From a bacterium (GTDB lineage: Bacteria > Zhuqueibacterota > Zhuqueibacteria > Oceanimicrobiales > Oceanimicrobiaceae): a stretch of DNA of 35,380 nt. Of this stretch, positions 25,616-35,380 are shown piece after piece (within the stretch, counting starts at the first letter, position 1; every line of letters starts with the position of its first letter). The stretch is taken from the NCBI GenBank assembly GCA_046757025.1, contig JBHHXN010000041.1, positions 1 through 35,380 on the forward strand, written 5' to 3'. The notes under the pieces are model-generated. The model was not told the DNA's origin, did not search any database, and worked only from the letters and a program-made list of their open reading frames with translations. The position numbers and the translations under genes were made by a program.

Positions 25616-28600
25616 TCAATGCCTGCCAAAACACCCGCACTGGATGACTTCAAAACCGAAACCGTCACCTTGCCAGACAAAGGCGTCGCTGGTTTTGGGA
25701 TTTTCCCAGTAAAATGGCGCGCGTTTGCGTGGATGGTTTCCAACTTCGTTCATACTGTCCGCGTCGTAAATGCGTCCGTTGATTATGACATATCGGATGT
25801 CTTCGCTATGACGTAAATTCTCCAGCGGATTGGCATTCAGTACGATGAGGTCGGCGAGCTTGCCCGTTTGCAGTGAACCGATGTCCTGATCCAGCCCGAG
25901 GTATTCGGCGCCGTACAGGGTGGCTGCGCGGATGGCTTCCAGGGGCGTCATGCCGCCCTGCTCGAACATCCACATTTCCCAGTGCGCACCCAATCCCTGC
26001 CGTTGTCCGTGAGCGCCCAGCTGCACCTTACCGCCGGCGTCCATCAGCGCTTTGGCGTCGCGGGCAATGGCGATATGACCGAAATCGTCGTCCGGAATCA
26101 TAGTGCGGCGCCGGGCGCGCGCATCGACAATGGGCCGGGGTGTAAAAGTCAACAAGCGCTGATTTTCCCAGACATTGGTATTCTGATACCAGTAGTATTC
26201 ACCGGATATACCGCCGTAGGCAACGACCAGGGTGGGCGTGTAAGCGGTTCCGCTGGAGCTCCAGAGCGTGAGCACATCTTTGTACACCGGCGCGATGGGG
26301 ATGGCATGCTCGATGCCGGTGTGGCCGTCCAGGATCATGGACATGTTGTGAAAAAACATGGAGCCCCCTTCCGGCACCACCATCATCTTCAGCTCACGAG
26401 CGGCTTTGATAACCTGCTGCCGCTGATTGCGGCGGGGCTGATTGTAGCTCTTCACGCTGAAAGCGCCCACGGCTTTCATACGTCGAAGGTGCGATCGGGC
26501 ATCTTCCAGACGGTTGATCACCGCCTTAAAATCGCCCTCGGCACCGTAGAGAATGGTGCCTGTGGAAAAGATCCGCGGTCCCACCAGAATGCCGGCTTTG
26601 ACCATCTCCGAATGCGTGAACACCATTTCCGTATCGTTGGACGGATCGTGCGTGGTGGTGACGCCGAAGGCCAAGTTGGCGTAATAGGGCCAGCTTTGCT
26701 GGGGAGAGATGCCGTTGCTACCCTGCCAGATATGGGCGTGCACATCCACCAGCCCGGGCATAATGGTTTTGCCGCTGACATCGATCACTTTGGCGTCGCC
26801 CGGTATTGCGACTTCATCCTTCTGCCCGACGCTGACGATGCGGATACCGTCCACCACCAAACTGCCGTTTTCGATCACTTCGTCGCCATTCATGGTGATG
26901 ATTCTTGCGCCCACCAGGGCCAGCTTGCCGGAAGGGACGTCTGTTTTAAGCCTTAAGCCTATTTTTAAACCGCTGGTGTCGGCCGGCGGAAGGCTGTCCA
27001 GCGCGCCCTCCACGAATTCAAAACTCGCTTTCAATTCCCGTGTGAAATATTCCGGCCCGATGGTCCAGTGCAGCTTCTGACTGTCGCCCGACCAGTGTAA
27101 ATTCGTACCGGCATCGCGGCTGACTTTTTTAACAGGAAACGCTTTGGTTTTGCTGCTGAGGTCTACTTCTTTGCCGGTTTTGGCAAAAGCCGCAATGTAG
27201 GCGTTAAACAGCTCGGTAAAAGCGATCCATTCTTCGTCCGGGCTGGGAACGATTTGCGTGGCGTATTTGGAAGTGAAATGCGTGCGCTCGTCGCCGCCGT
27301 CCAAACGCACGCTTTTAAACGCTTTCTTGCCGCCAGATATGTTGGTGAGAAAATAAACGCGGTCGCCTTTAGCGTTAAAGTGCGGCTGGGGGCCAGTCTC
27401 TCGAATAAAATGAGCGGGTCCGCCATTGGCAGGCATCCAGTAAAGCCCGGGTGCCACACCGTGCGTGAACCCAAGTACCGAATTGCCCCTGCCCTTTCTG
27501 TAAACGATTTTTTGTCCGTCCTTCGAAAACGACGGCGTGAGGTAAAAGCCTTTTTGCGCAGTTAACTTTTGTTTGTTGCGGCCGTTGACACGGATTTTGT
27601 ATATAGCGCCGTGCTCGGCATCGCTCCAGGTGGTGTAAACCAGCCATTTACCATCGGGACTGAATGCAGGAGCGTATTCAAAATGCTCGTCTTTGGTGAG
27701 GCGTTTGGGCTGTCCGTTTGGCAGGGCTTTGAGCCACAAATGCCCCACCGCGTTGAAGGCCAGCCACTTCCCGCCGGGCGAAGTAGCTGCCTGGCGAATC
27801 ATTTTCACTTCGAATTCAGGGGGGCTGACCTCCTGGGCAAAGCGCAGGGCCTCGTTGACGGTTTGCTTCACTTCGGCCTCAAAGGGAATGGGCGTCACTT
27901 GTTTGTTGTCGATGGCGATTTTCCAGATGCGCCCTTTGGCCCAAAAAATCAGATGCCGACTGTCGGGGGTCCAGGCGTAGTTTGGGTAAAGTCCGAAAAT
28001 GGCCCAGGTTTCCTGCTGGTCCTTGTTCAGCTCATCGTAAATGGGCCACTGTTCGCCGGTTTGCAGGTCGTGCAGATAGAGCACGCTTTTTAGCCGTACG
28101 CGCCGAATAAACGCCAAAAGCTTGCCGTCTGGTGAAACTTGCGGACGCACCGCGCCGCCGGCCCCGGTCACGATGTTTCTGATTTTGCCGGTTTCGCGGT
28201 CCAGCCGGCGAATCAAGTAGATTTGACCGTTGGGATCTTTGTTGTACTGGAAGAATCCACCGGGACTCATGTCCTCGCTGAAGTAAACAAAACGACCGTC
28301 CGGGGAGATGCAGGGCTCGCCAGCGTCCTGCTGGTCGTTTTTACGTTTGGTGAGCTGCAGCCCGCTGCCGCCGCTGATGTGATACATCCACATTTCGCCG
28401 GCGCCCAGGGAGCGTCGGCTGGTAAAGTGTTTGCGGGCAATCAGGTACTGACCATCCGGCGTCCAGCAAGCGTTGTTCAACAGCCGGAAGTCTTCTTTGG
28501 TCACTTGGTGGGCGTCCGAGCCGTCGCGGTTCATCACCCAGATATTGTCGCCACCGCCCTTGTCGCTGGTGTAGCTGATTTGGGCTCCATCAGGGCTGAA

Positions 28601-28930
28601 GCGCGGCTGCACCTCAAAAGCGGGTCCGCCGGCTAACAACCGCGCCTGCCCGCCGGTGACGGGGAGGAGATAGATATCGCCCAGCAGATCGAAGACAATC
28701 TCCCGGCCATCCGGACTCACATCCAGATTCATCCAAGTCCCTTCGTTGGTGGTGAACTCCACGGTTTTGGTTGGTCCCAGCGGAGCGGTCACATCCCATT
28801 CTTTCTTTTCAGATTTTTGTGCCAGCGCTTGCTTAAATACGCCAATTTCAGTAGATGGATTTAAGGTGAACGATAGATAAAGAAAAAGACAAGTCCTAAA
28901 TGCAACTGAGCAGATCTTGCGGAATGGCAT
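25616..28930 (-). CDS. Amidohydrolase-family protein with N-terminal TolB-like (PD40) beta-propeller repeats
   Basis: Repeated SPDG motifs; IMPGLVDVHAH, GAHG, GKLADLIVLNANPL; likely start MPFRK at 28930. Confidence 0.9.
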   Translation of the reverse strand: MPFRKICSVAFRTCLFLYLSFTLNPSTEIGVFKQALAQKSEKKEWDVTAPLGPTKTVEFTTNEGTWMNLDVSPDGREIVFDLLGDIYLLPVTGGQARLLAGGPAFEVQPRFSPDGAQISYTSDKGGGDNIWVMNRDGSDAHQVTKEDFRLLNNACWTPDGQYLIARKHFTSRRSLGAGEMWMYHISGGSGLQLTKRKNDQQDAGEPCISPDGRFVYFSEDMSPGGFFQYNKDPNGQIYLIRRLDRETGKIRNIVTGAGGAVRPQVSPDGKLLAFIRRVRLKSVLYLHDLQTGEQWPIYDELNKDQQETWAIFGLYPNYAWTPDSRHLIFWAKGRIWKIAIDNKQVTPIPFEAEVKQTVNEALRFAQEVSPPEFEVKMIRQAATSPGGKWLAFNAVGHLWLKALPNGQPKRLTKDEHFEYAPAFSPDGKWLVYTTWSDAEHGAIYKIRVNGRNKQKLTAQKGFYLTPSFSKDGQKIVYRKGRGNSVLGFTHGVAPGLYWMPANGGPAHFIRETGPQPHFNAKGDRVYFLTNISGGKKAFKSVRLDGGDERTHFTSKYATQIVPSPDEEWIAFTELFNAYIAAFAKTGKEVDLSSKTKAFPVKKVSRDAGTNLHWSGDSQKLHWTIGPEYFTRELKASFEFVEGALDSLPPADTSGLKIGLRLKTDVPSGKLALVGARIITMNGDEVIENGSLVVDGIRIVSVGQKDEVAIPGDAKVIDVSGKTIMPGLVDVHAHIWQGSNGISPQQSWPYYANLAFGVTTTHDPSNDTEMVFTHSEMVKAGILVGPRIFSTGTILYGAEGDFKAVINRLEDARSHLRRMKAVGAFSVKSYNQPRRNQRQQVIKAARELKMMVVPEGGSMFFHNMSMILDGHTGIEHAIPIAPVYKDVLTLWSSSGTAYTPTLVVAYGGISGEYYWYQNTNVWENQRLLTFTPRPIVDARARRRTMIPDDDFGHIAIARDAKALMDAGGKVQLGAHGQRQGLGAHWEMWMFEQGGMTPLEAIRAATLYGAEYLGLDQDIGSLQTGKLADLIVLNANPLENLRHSEDIRYVIINGRIYDADSMNEVGNHPRKRAPFYWENPKTSDAFVWQGDGFGFEVIQCGCFGRH

Positions 28931-29014
28931 ATTTCTTCCTGTGTTGATTTTATTTTTATAATAAATGAACTGTATTAACCTGACCCGGCAGAGCCGGAAC
29001 CGAAAAGAAAAGGC

Positions 29015-29195
29015 ACACGCAGAGACGCCAGCAATACGCACAGTATTTTTTTGTTGAAGTCTGTATGTCTTTCTCCTTAATTACAAAGTGCCTATACGCA
29101 AGGATAGTATTCAGAGAATTGTTCCTGGCTTGGAAGAAAATTTTCTATTTTTATTCTTCTCTGCGTCATCTTTGCGTCTTGGCGTCTTTTCGTGA
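29015..29195. repeat. Inverted pair of ACGC(A/C)AAG-type iterated repeats
   Basis: CACGCAGAGACGCCAG...ACGCACAG facing CTCTGCGTCATCTTTGCGTCTTGGCGTC. Confidence 0.55.
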
Positions 29196-29274
29196 TAATG
29201 TTTTGTTTTTTAAGCAAAAAATATCCCGTTAAAAGACTACAAAGGTAGCTTCAAACTGTGTGAACAATCGACTC

Positions 29275-30561
29275 TTATTTACGTCCAGAAAGCCGCTTGC
29301 CTTCTTCTTCATTTACCCCTCTTAAAATCAAACTGCCGATGACAAAGAGAACGAGCACCACCGAAATTCCAGCTCTCTGGGAGTTGAACAGTTCCGTAAG
29401 AATCCCAAGTACGAGGGGTCCGATGAAAGCCGTGGCTTTTCCGGAAAAAGCATAAAATCCAAAAAATTCGGTTTCTTTGTCTGATGGCACAAACCGTCCC
29501 ATGAGCGAACGGCTGGCGGCCTGATTGGGTCCGGAAAACAAGCCCACCAGGATGCCGGCTATCCAGAAGACCAGTTTGTTGGGCGCCAGTATCGCGATGA
29601 ACGTGGCCACGATAAAAGCATAATTGCTGATTTGAATGGTTTTTTTGCCGCCGATGATATCATCGAGAAAACCGAGGGCAAACGCCCCGACGCCGGCGGT
29701 GATGTTCAAAACGATGCCGAAAATCAAAATCTCGGTAAAAGAAAATCCGAAGGTGCCGGCCGCATAAATTCCGCCAAAAGAAAAAATGGTCAGAATGGCG
29801 TCATTGTAAAAAATACGCGCCGCCAGAAGCCGAATAATCTGCTGGTAATGTTTGATGTCCTGAAAAGTCTTTTTTAACTGCTGTACAGAGGATGAAAACA
29901 AAACGCCTATTTTAGGTGAGTCGGTTTGTTTTTTATCTTTCACCCAGATAAAAATCGGGATGCTGAAAAGCGCCATCCAGACAGCTACCAGCAGATTGGT
30001 GGCGCGAATGTTTTCGCCCGTTTCTTTCAAAAAGCCAAACCAGGGAGCGTCGGTTTGCACCAGGCCGATCATGGCCAGCGACATGGCGAGGAGTCCCCCC
30101 ACGTAACCAAATGACCAGCCGTATCCGGAAATACGACCGATGCGATCAGGGGGGGCAATGTCGGGCAGAAAAGCGTTGTAAAACACCATACCCATTTCCA
30201 CGCCGATGTTGGCGATTACGAACCAGACCAGCGCTTTGAGCACCTGCCCTGGCAAACAGGTGTAAAGGGCGGTGGTGCCGCAGACGGCGGTAACCGTGAG
30301 AAAAAATAAAATACGTTTTCGAAAACCGCCGCGATCAGCCAGCGCGCCCATAAACGGCGACAACAGCGCCACCGTCAGCCCTGAGATCGTTAAAGCCCGC
30401 GACCACAAGGTCGTTCCGATTATTTCATCCGGAGCGATGGCTTTGGTAAAATACGTGGAAAAAATAAAAGTCAGCACCAACGCTGAAAAAGATGAATTGG
30501 CAAAATCGTACATACACCAGGCAAATACCGCGCGTTTATCGTAAACCGGCTTCGAGGCCAT
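29275..30561 (-). CDS. MFS transporter (UMF1/Atg22-like)
   Basis: AWCMYDFANS, GALADRGG, FYNAFLP, SGYGWSFGYVGG, QAASRSLMGRF; GGAG RBS before MASKP at 30561. Confidence 0.88.
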   Translation of the reverse strand: MASKPVYDKRAVFAWCMYDFANSSFSALVLTFIFSTYFTKAIAPDEIIGTTLWSRALTISGLTVALLSPFMGALADRGGFRKRILFFLTVTAVCGTTALYTCLPGQVLKALVWFVIANIGVEMGMVFYNAFLPDIAPPDRIGRISGYGWSFGYVGGLLAMSLAMIGLVQTDAPWFGFLKETGENIRATNLLVAVWMALFSIPIFIWVKDKKQTDSPKIGVLFSSSVQQLKKTFQDIKHYQQIIRLLAARIFYNDAILTIFSFGGIYAAGTFGFSFTEILIFGIVLNITAGVGAFALGFLDDIIGGKKTIQISNYAFIVATFIAILAPNKLVFWIAGILVGLFSGPNQAASRSLMGRFVPSDKETEFFGFYAFSGKATAFIGPLVLGILTELFNSQRAGISVVLVLFVIGSLILRGVNEEEGKRLSGRK

Positions 30562-30730
30562 CCTCACTCCTTTCTGGCGGGCTGCAAATGATTTACTTGT
30601 TGTCGAATTTGTTGCGGTGAATGTGCAGCCAAAATACAGATATTTCACAGCAATGTCAAGAGCCGGGGCGAATTAATTCAAGTGTTTCAGGGCCAATTGA
30701 CCGCAGCTGTCCCAAAAGTCTAATTTTCAG

Positions 30731-30799
30731 GTCATTCCCGCGAATGCGGGAATCTATATGCTTTTGTTTATACTGGATTCCTGCTTTCGCTGGGATGAC
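30731..30799. repeat. REP/RPE-like palindrome (GTCATTCCCGCG family)
   Basis: GTCATTCCCGCGAATGCGGGAATC / GATTCCTGCTTTCGCTGGGATGAC 24-bp imperfect inverted arms. Confidence 0.8.
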
Positions 30800-30846
30800 A
30801 GATAAATAGAATTTGTTGTAACCTATTACAGGGGTCATATTCTTCA

Positions 30847-31228
30847 TGCAAAGACGCAAAAACGCCAAGGTTGCGCAAAGAAAAACGCTACGCAGTAAAG
30901 CTGAACTGGCAAGCGTGAAATGGCTCCCTTCCACCATTTTACATTTAACGGGCCACAGGTGTGAACGTCTCTTCCCATGCCTAAGCCAGGCCCGGAGGGG
31001 ACACTGCACATCTCACAACAACCTGGCCGAGAATTCCCTCATGGGATGACCCCAGAAATCCGGGCCCGGGAATTCAATGGAATTCAGTGGCAGGGCCAAT
31101 TATTGCATGGGGCAAATCGGTTTCAGTTACAAAGGCACTCTTCTCAAAAAGAAAAAGGTCACTGTTATAGGTTTGATAGCGTTTCATCATTAGACTTTTT
31201 TGCATGTGCTTGGCGTCTTGGCGTGAGA
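30847..31228. repeat. Second inverted pair of ACGC(A/C)AAG-type repeats enclosing ~310 bp with no recognisable gene
   Basis: GCAAAGACGCAAAAACGCCAAG...GCGCAAAG facing GCTTGGCGTCTTGGCGTGAGA. Confidence 0.5.
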
Positions 31229-31298
31229 ATTATTCATACCTTGGATCCGTAACCATTTTCCCTTTTTGTGCCAACCCCGATCTCCAATTAAACCAAGT

Positions 31299-32228
31299 TC
31301 AGGCATCCAAAAAATGTTTGATGTGATTCGACAATTCCGGCGTGCGCAAATAACCGTACGATTTGTGCGGGTTGGTTTTGCCATTCGGCCCGGGGGCATG
31401 ATAATCGTTGGCCACCAGATCGTCCTGCACCCGCACGCCGAGGCGGTTTTCGCCGTAATCGTCCCGCAGGTGAACATCAAACGAGACCTTGTCATCTTTG
31501 TCTGCGTAATTGACCCAGCTTTGGGTGACGATGGAGGGCGTGCGCACGTCCGGGTCGTAATCGCGTTCTTTTATTATTTTACTCTTCACGTGCGGCAGAC
31601 CCAGCGGTGAGCCGAAGGTGACAAAATAGGGAATTTTCAGGTCGGGATCGGACTGACCCAGATCGCGCAGTGAATCGTAAGCGATGATGGTGCCCATGGA
31701 GTGCGCGAGGAGCAGGATCTCTTTGCCTTGTTCCTCGCGAATGGCATTTTTCAGTTCATCGCGCAGGACCTTTCTGGCCAGCTCTGGCTCGCCCGCGCGG
31801 TTGGCAATTTGACGATGATCGTCGTAATAAAAGGCCAGGTCTTTCATGACCTTGCCGAGCACCCAGTCGGCAAAGCCTTCCATGTCGTAGTGCAATTTGA
31901 GGTAGTCCACGGTGTCGCCGATGACGTCCAGAGCGCCGGCTTTGAGTTTGTCGAAAAGGCCGGTGCGGTATTCCTTCAAGGCGCCCGCGTCGGCTTCGGT
32001 GTACGGTTGGCTGTTGTACAAAGCGTCGAAAGAAAAAAGCGCGTCGTCGTGCTGCTGATACTTGTAAAGTACATCCGCCCAGAAAACCATTTTATATTCA
32101 AAGTCTGGCGTGGACATGCCGCCGTTTTTTTGCAGCCCTTCAGCGATGGCTTGTTTCCACCAGTTTGCGAGGGTATTTTGGGGCGGCTTGTTAGCCAGTC
32201 CGTGAATGCCAATGATTATTTTATCCAT
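31299..32228 (-). CDS. Alpha/beta hydrolase (serine hydrolase)
   Basis: IGIHGL, LAHSMG nucleophile elbow, VTFGSPL, DKDDKV, NPHKSYGYL; AGGAG RBS. Confidence 0.82.
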   Translation of the reverse strand: MDKIIIGIHGLANKPPQNTLANWWKQAIAEGLQKNGGMSTPDFEYKMVFWADVLYKYQQHDDALFSFDALYNSQPYTEADAGALKEYRTGLFDKLKAGALDVIGDTVDYLKLHYDMEGFADWVLGKVMKDLAFYYDDHRQIANRAGEPELARKVLRDELKNAIREEQGKEILLLAHSMGTIIAYDSLRDLGQSDPDLKIPYFVTFGSPLGLPHVKSKIIKERDYDPDVRTPSIVTQSWVNYADKDDKVSFDVHLRDDYGENRLGVRVQDDLVANDYHAPGPNGKTNPHKSYGYLRTPELSNHIKHFLDA

Positions 32229-32263
32229 AATAATTCTCCTTGTATGAATGAATGAATGAATTA

Positions 32264-32725
32264 TTACTTTTGATTATGTAAAATTTTTAATTTCGCCGCA
32301 ATGAGCTGCTGGTGGTCGATGTGGAGAAGCTGCGCCAGTTTGTGAATGAGGTAGTCTTCATGGTGATCCAGTCGTCCATCCGCATAAATGAGTTTCCAGA
32401 GCAGCTCGATCACCTGTATCTTTTCTTCCTCGGAAAAGTTTTTGTTGATGAGATGGGTGAATTGCCACAAATCGATGCTGTGTTTCAACTCCCTTTCCGC
32501 GACGTTTGCGAGCTCGGTCATTTGGCGTTCGGAAAGGCCGTATTCCTGCTCAAACATGGCGAAAATGCTTTCACGTTCGGAATTGCTAAACTCGCCGTCG
32601 ATGTGGGCCATTTCCAGAAAAAGCGCGCAGGCCGCGATGCGCACGTCGTGATTTTGGGTTCGTTCTGCTTCTCCAGGGGCGGAATTCTCGTCAGCGCCAA
32701 GAACGCCTTTTAGCCAATCGAGCAT
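32264..32725 (-). CDS. TerB-family (tellurite resistance-like) protein
   Basis: ALFLEMAHIDGEFSNSE, IDLWQFT, LIYADGRLDHHED; AGGAG RBS. Confidence 0.88.
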   Translation of the reverse strand: MLDWLKGVLGADENSAPGEAERTQNHDVRIAACALFLEMAHIDGEFSNSERESIFAMFEQEYGLSERQMTELANVAERELKHSIDLWQFTHLINKNFSEEEKIQVIELLWKLIYADGRLDHHEDYLIHKLAQLLHIDHQQLIAAKLKILHNQK

Positions 32726-32919
32726 GATTTTACTCCTTGGGTATGGTGTCGTGAAAGTTAAAAAATTCAGGTAAAATTCAATTTACTGAGCAAATGCCAT
32801 CCTTTGCAAACAGGTAGGGTTAACGAATAAAGTAAAACCATTTTCAGAAGGGTCGCGGGTGCGAATGGCAGAGTCACTGCAAGATAAACAATTGCTACAA
32901 AAGAATCAAGCGCGAATCG

Positions 32920-33339
32920 TCAGGCGAAATATTTTGAAATTCGCCGCTTGCCCGGACTGGCGTAGCGGCCGGCGGTGGTGTCGGCATCCGCTTTGTACGG
33001 AATTTTGGCGGTTACGCCAAGTTTGCGCAGCTCGGCCCGCACACGCATGACGTCTTCGCGGTCGGTCCAATCGTAAGTGTAAATACATAAGACTTTGCTG
33101 CGGGCATCGCGGGCCAGCGAATTGGGGCGCGCAGTGGCGGCTTTGGACGCGCTGCCCAGCCGGCCTTCTTCGGTGGCCACTTTGATTTTTTGCCACAAAT
33201 CGTCGACTTTATCCATCGGGCTGAACACCAGCCATTTGCCGGAGTTTGCTGTGTCTTCAGGATAGTCACCTGTTTGGCGGATAGCATAGAGCCAGTACTC
33301 ATCCGTTACTTGCGAAGGTTTACGATGGTCTGATTTCAT
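32920..33339 (-). CDS. DUF1917-family protein (eIF4E-like fold)
   Basis: SGKWLVF, LWQKIK, GRLGSASKAAT, LCIYTYDWTDREDVMRV, YKADADT. Confidence 0.75.
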   Translation of the reverse strand: MKSDHRKPSQVTDEYWLYAIRQTGDYPEDTANSGKWLVFSPMDKVDDLWQKIKVATEEGRLGSASKAATARPNSLARDARSKVLCIYTYDWTDREDVMRVRAELRKLGVTAKIPYKADADTTAGRYASPGKRRISKYFA

Positions 33340-33467
33340 GGTATATTCAAATTGTTATTTGCATAATGAACATATTTGATTGGTAATAGTTTTTCTCCTG
33401 ACCTTGCGTTGAAATCCTGTTGGCCATCTCGTGCTGGCGAAAATATCAAACCGTTTGCAGGCTCCAC

Positions 33468-34151
33468 CTATTGCTGAAAAAACAAAGTTAGTATAATTCC
33501 TTTGCCCTTCAGCTTTTGCAGCGCCTGTTTTTTTAACTCTTCTAAATCAAAATCCGCATCCAGAGGTAAGTCACCCAATTTATTTTTCAGGGACGAGGTT
33601 TCGAGAAAAGCTCCCATGAATAAAAAGATAATAATTAAAATGTAAGCGTACATCCCATCATTTAAGCTCTCCAAAATAGTGCTGAACGGATTGTCCAGAT
33701 TTATAAACAATGACAAACTCAAATCCAATCCGACGGCACTGGCAAGAAAATATGCGCCAAATTCCAAAATCCCCATAAAAATGATTTTCAGGTCCGGTTG
33801 AGAAAAGGCAGGATTGGAAAATAACATTCCATGCAATAATCCCTGTCGAACCGTAAAATATATTGGAAAAAAGATAAGCAATCCGTAAACCGTTCTTGAA
33901 ATGACCGCCACCAAAAAATTATTTAGAAAAATGAGTAAACCGAATTGCCGCCATTTTTTATGCTTCAAACTTCTGGACTTGTACTCATTCAATCGTCGTT
34001 GAATTTTCGAAGTAAAAGGATCGGTTAACGAACGTCTTGACTTCATATACCAATCGAAGGTAAGAACCTCTTTTTTACCCAACAAGAAGCCAATGAGTAC
34101 CGACAAGAAATACAGAGAAAAAACAAAAACGACAAGCCATAATAATATCAA
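33468..34151 (-). CDS. SpoIIM/DUF95-like integral membrane protein
   Basis: IFLNN, GILEFGAYFLASAVG, GAFLE; multiple TM helices; AT-rich; start uncertain. Confidence 0.6.
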   Translation of the reverse strand: MILLWLVVFVFSLYFLSVLIGFLLGKKEVLTFDWYMKSRRSLTDPFTSKIQRRLNEYKSRSLKHKKWRQFGLLIFLNNFLVAVISRTVYGLLIFFPIYFTVRQGLLHGMLFSNPAFSQPDLKIIFMGILEFGAYFLASAVGLDLSLSLFINLDNPFSTILESLNDGMYAYILIIIFLFMGAFLETSSLKNKLGDLPLDADFDLEELKKQALQKLKGKGIILTLFFQQ

Positions 34152-34241
34152 CTATCCACCCCGCACGAATAAAATTATTTTAAATTTTGGTTTACTGTAT
34201 AAATCAGAAGTCGTCCAATTGTCTCCCGTCATAGTGAAAAT

Positions 34242-35276
34242 TTACTTTGATCTGACAAACACCGGCTGCACCCAGGCCACGGCGCCGCTGGATGCGGCCA
34301 CTTTTGCCCGCACGTATTTTGTGTTATTGTGGAGCTCGTAAACCGCCGGATTGCTTTCGGTAGTGAAGAGCACCTTGCCATTTTTTCCGAAAAATTCCGT
34401 TCGATATTTGAAATCATTTTGCGGCTGGATGCGAATCTCAATCTTTTGCGATTGAATGATGACATCCTCTAAAGTCACGCCGGTGCTGGCGTAAAACAAG
34501 CCGGCTTCCAAATTTTGTACGATTTCGCTGGCCTCCAGATGGTGAGCCCGAACCACTACCCAACCGCGGCCGGGATTGGAACCATCTGCTGAAAATTCGC
34601 CTTGAAAATGGTGGGCGTCGTCCACCGCGATGCCGTAGATACGCCGGTCTGCCGAAAGCAGGTGATCCCACACTTGCTCCATGCTCGGCCAACCACCTCC
34701 GCCAAAGTTGTTCACCAGCGGATGCCCATTGAAAATCTCTAACAATCGATCATCCCTTATTTTGAAAAGCGTTTGGTGATCAAAAGCCCATCGGAAATTG
34801 GGGTGGTTGATGTGCGGAACGCCGTTGGCCCGGCGCACCGCATCGACGTTTTTCTGTATGGTACCGACCAGGGTGGAATCATATTCCGGCTTCACCAGAC
34901 GGGAAATGTTCAAACCGTTGACATGTACCGGCTTTTTTTGAAATCGCGAGCTCACTTCTTCGCCCGGAATAAGCAGAAAAGTCGAGTCCACCAAATTCGC
35001 CAACGTGGATGGGTCCACCAGCACATTGTGATCGGACAGAACCAGGAATCGGTAACCGTGGTCTTTGTACCATTGTGCAACGTATTCGGGTGGCGAATCG
35101 CCGTCGCTCATAGTGGTATGGGTGTGGGTGTTGCCTTTGAACCAGCGCATATTTTCGGTTTTCGGGACTTCGAATTCGAGCTGACGACCACATGCTTGCA
35201 ACCAAAACAGCAGCAAGAGCAGAGCGACAATTCGATGTAACGATTTCAGAGATTTTAGTCGCAGATTTTTAATCAT
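34242..35276 (-). CDS. PHP-domain metallohydrolase (CehA/McbA-like), probable lipoprotein
   Basis: KGNTHTHT..SDG, SDHN, HINHP, DDAH metal ligands; LQAC lipobox. Confidence 0.85.
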   Translation of the reverse strand: MIKNLRLKSLKSLHRIVALLLLLFWLQACGRQLEFEVPKTENMRWFKGNTHTHTTMSDGDSPPEYVAQWYKDHGYRFLVLSDHNVLVDPSTLANLVDSTFLLIPGEEVSSRFQKKPVHVNGLNISRLVKPEYDSTLVGTIQKNVDAVRRANGVPHINHPNFRWAFDHQTLFKIRDDRLLEIFNGHPLVNNFGGGGWPSMEQVWDHLLSADRRIYGIAVDDAHHFQGEFSADGSNPGRGWVVVRAHHLEASEIVQNLEAGLFYASTGVTLEDVIIQSQKIEIRIQPQNDFKYRTEFFGKNGKVLFTTESNPAVYELHNNTKYVRAKVAASSGAVAWVQPVFVRSK

Positions 35277-35380
35277 TTTGAATATCGTCTCAAGTTTTGG
35301 TGCTCAAAGAGCGAAACGGTTCTTTTTTAATCCTAATGCAGCGAAAAGCCGCAAACCGAAAAGCGAAATTCGCAAAAAGG

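Noticed and set aside
25982..28636. Several long plus-strand ORFs (324, 174, 165 aa)
   Set aside because: Antisense shadows of the amidohydrolase gene.
30656..31252. Short ORFs on both strands
   Set aside because: They run across palindromic repeats and have no protein-like signal.
32244..32260. (ATGA)x4 microsatellite between the TerB and hydrolase genes
   Set aside because: Short, intergenic and upstream of the RBS; no evidence of function.
35340..35380. CGAAA/CGCAAA iterations at the window end
   Set aside because: Truncated by the window edge; too short to classify.

Overview
Bacterial genomic window with no rRNA, tRNA or CRISPR array seen; the lipoprotein and Omp85 genes indicate a diderm host. 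From 1 to 6.9 kb there is a redox/stress cluster (alpha/beta hydrolase, PNPOx-like FMN protein, a thioredoxin lacking CxxC, a DUF1348 remnant, a GC-rich flavin disulfide reductase), followed by an Omp85-barrel gene and a secreted kinase-like gene. From 7 to 10.7 kb is a decayed accessory zone: a DUF2281/PIN toxin-antitoxin pair, gene remnants, an internally deleted IS21, a frameshifted small gene, an FMN reductase and a MITE with a 9-bp target duplication. The highlight is 10.8-23.4 kb. A receiver-less sigma54 activator and a perfect -24/-12 promoter precede a co-directional cluster of a pseudo-receiver, a 789-aa protein, an HExxH metallopeptidase-like protein, 67-aa and 393-aa unknowns, and three further proteins. 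The 789-aa protein and those three share a [S/T/N]PF-hydrophobic motif plus an acidic leader, lack Sec signals, and carry very basic payloads. One payload is a V8-like glutamyl endopeptidase that could remove the Glu-rich leaders. This looks like an uncharacterised protease-activated cationic effector/cargo system (inference). From 23.5 to 35.3 kb are ordinary minus-strand genes (CPBP protease, Zn-hydrolase-like protein, TolB-repeat amidohydrolase, MFS transporter, hydrolase, TerB, DUF1917, SpoIIM-like, PHP hydrolase) with REP-like palindromes. All family calls come from motif recognition by eye; no database searches were run.
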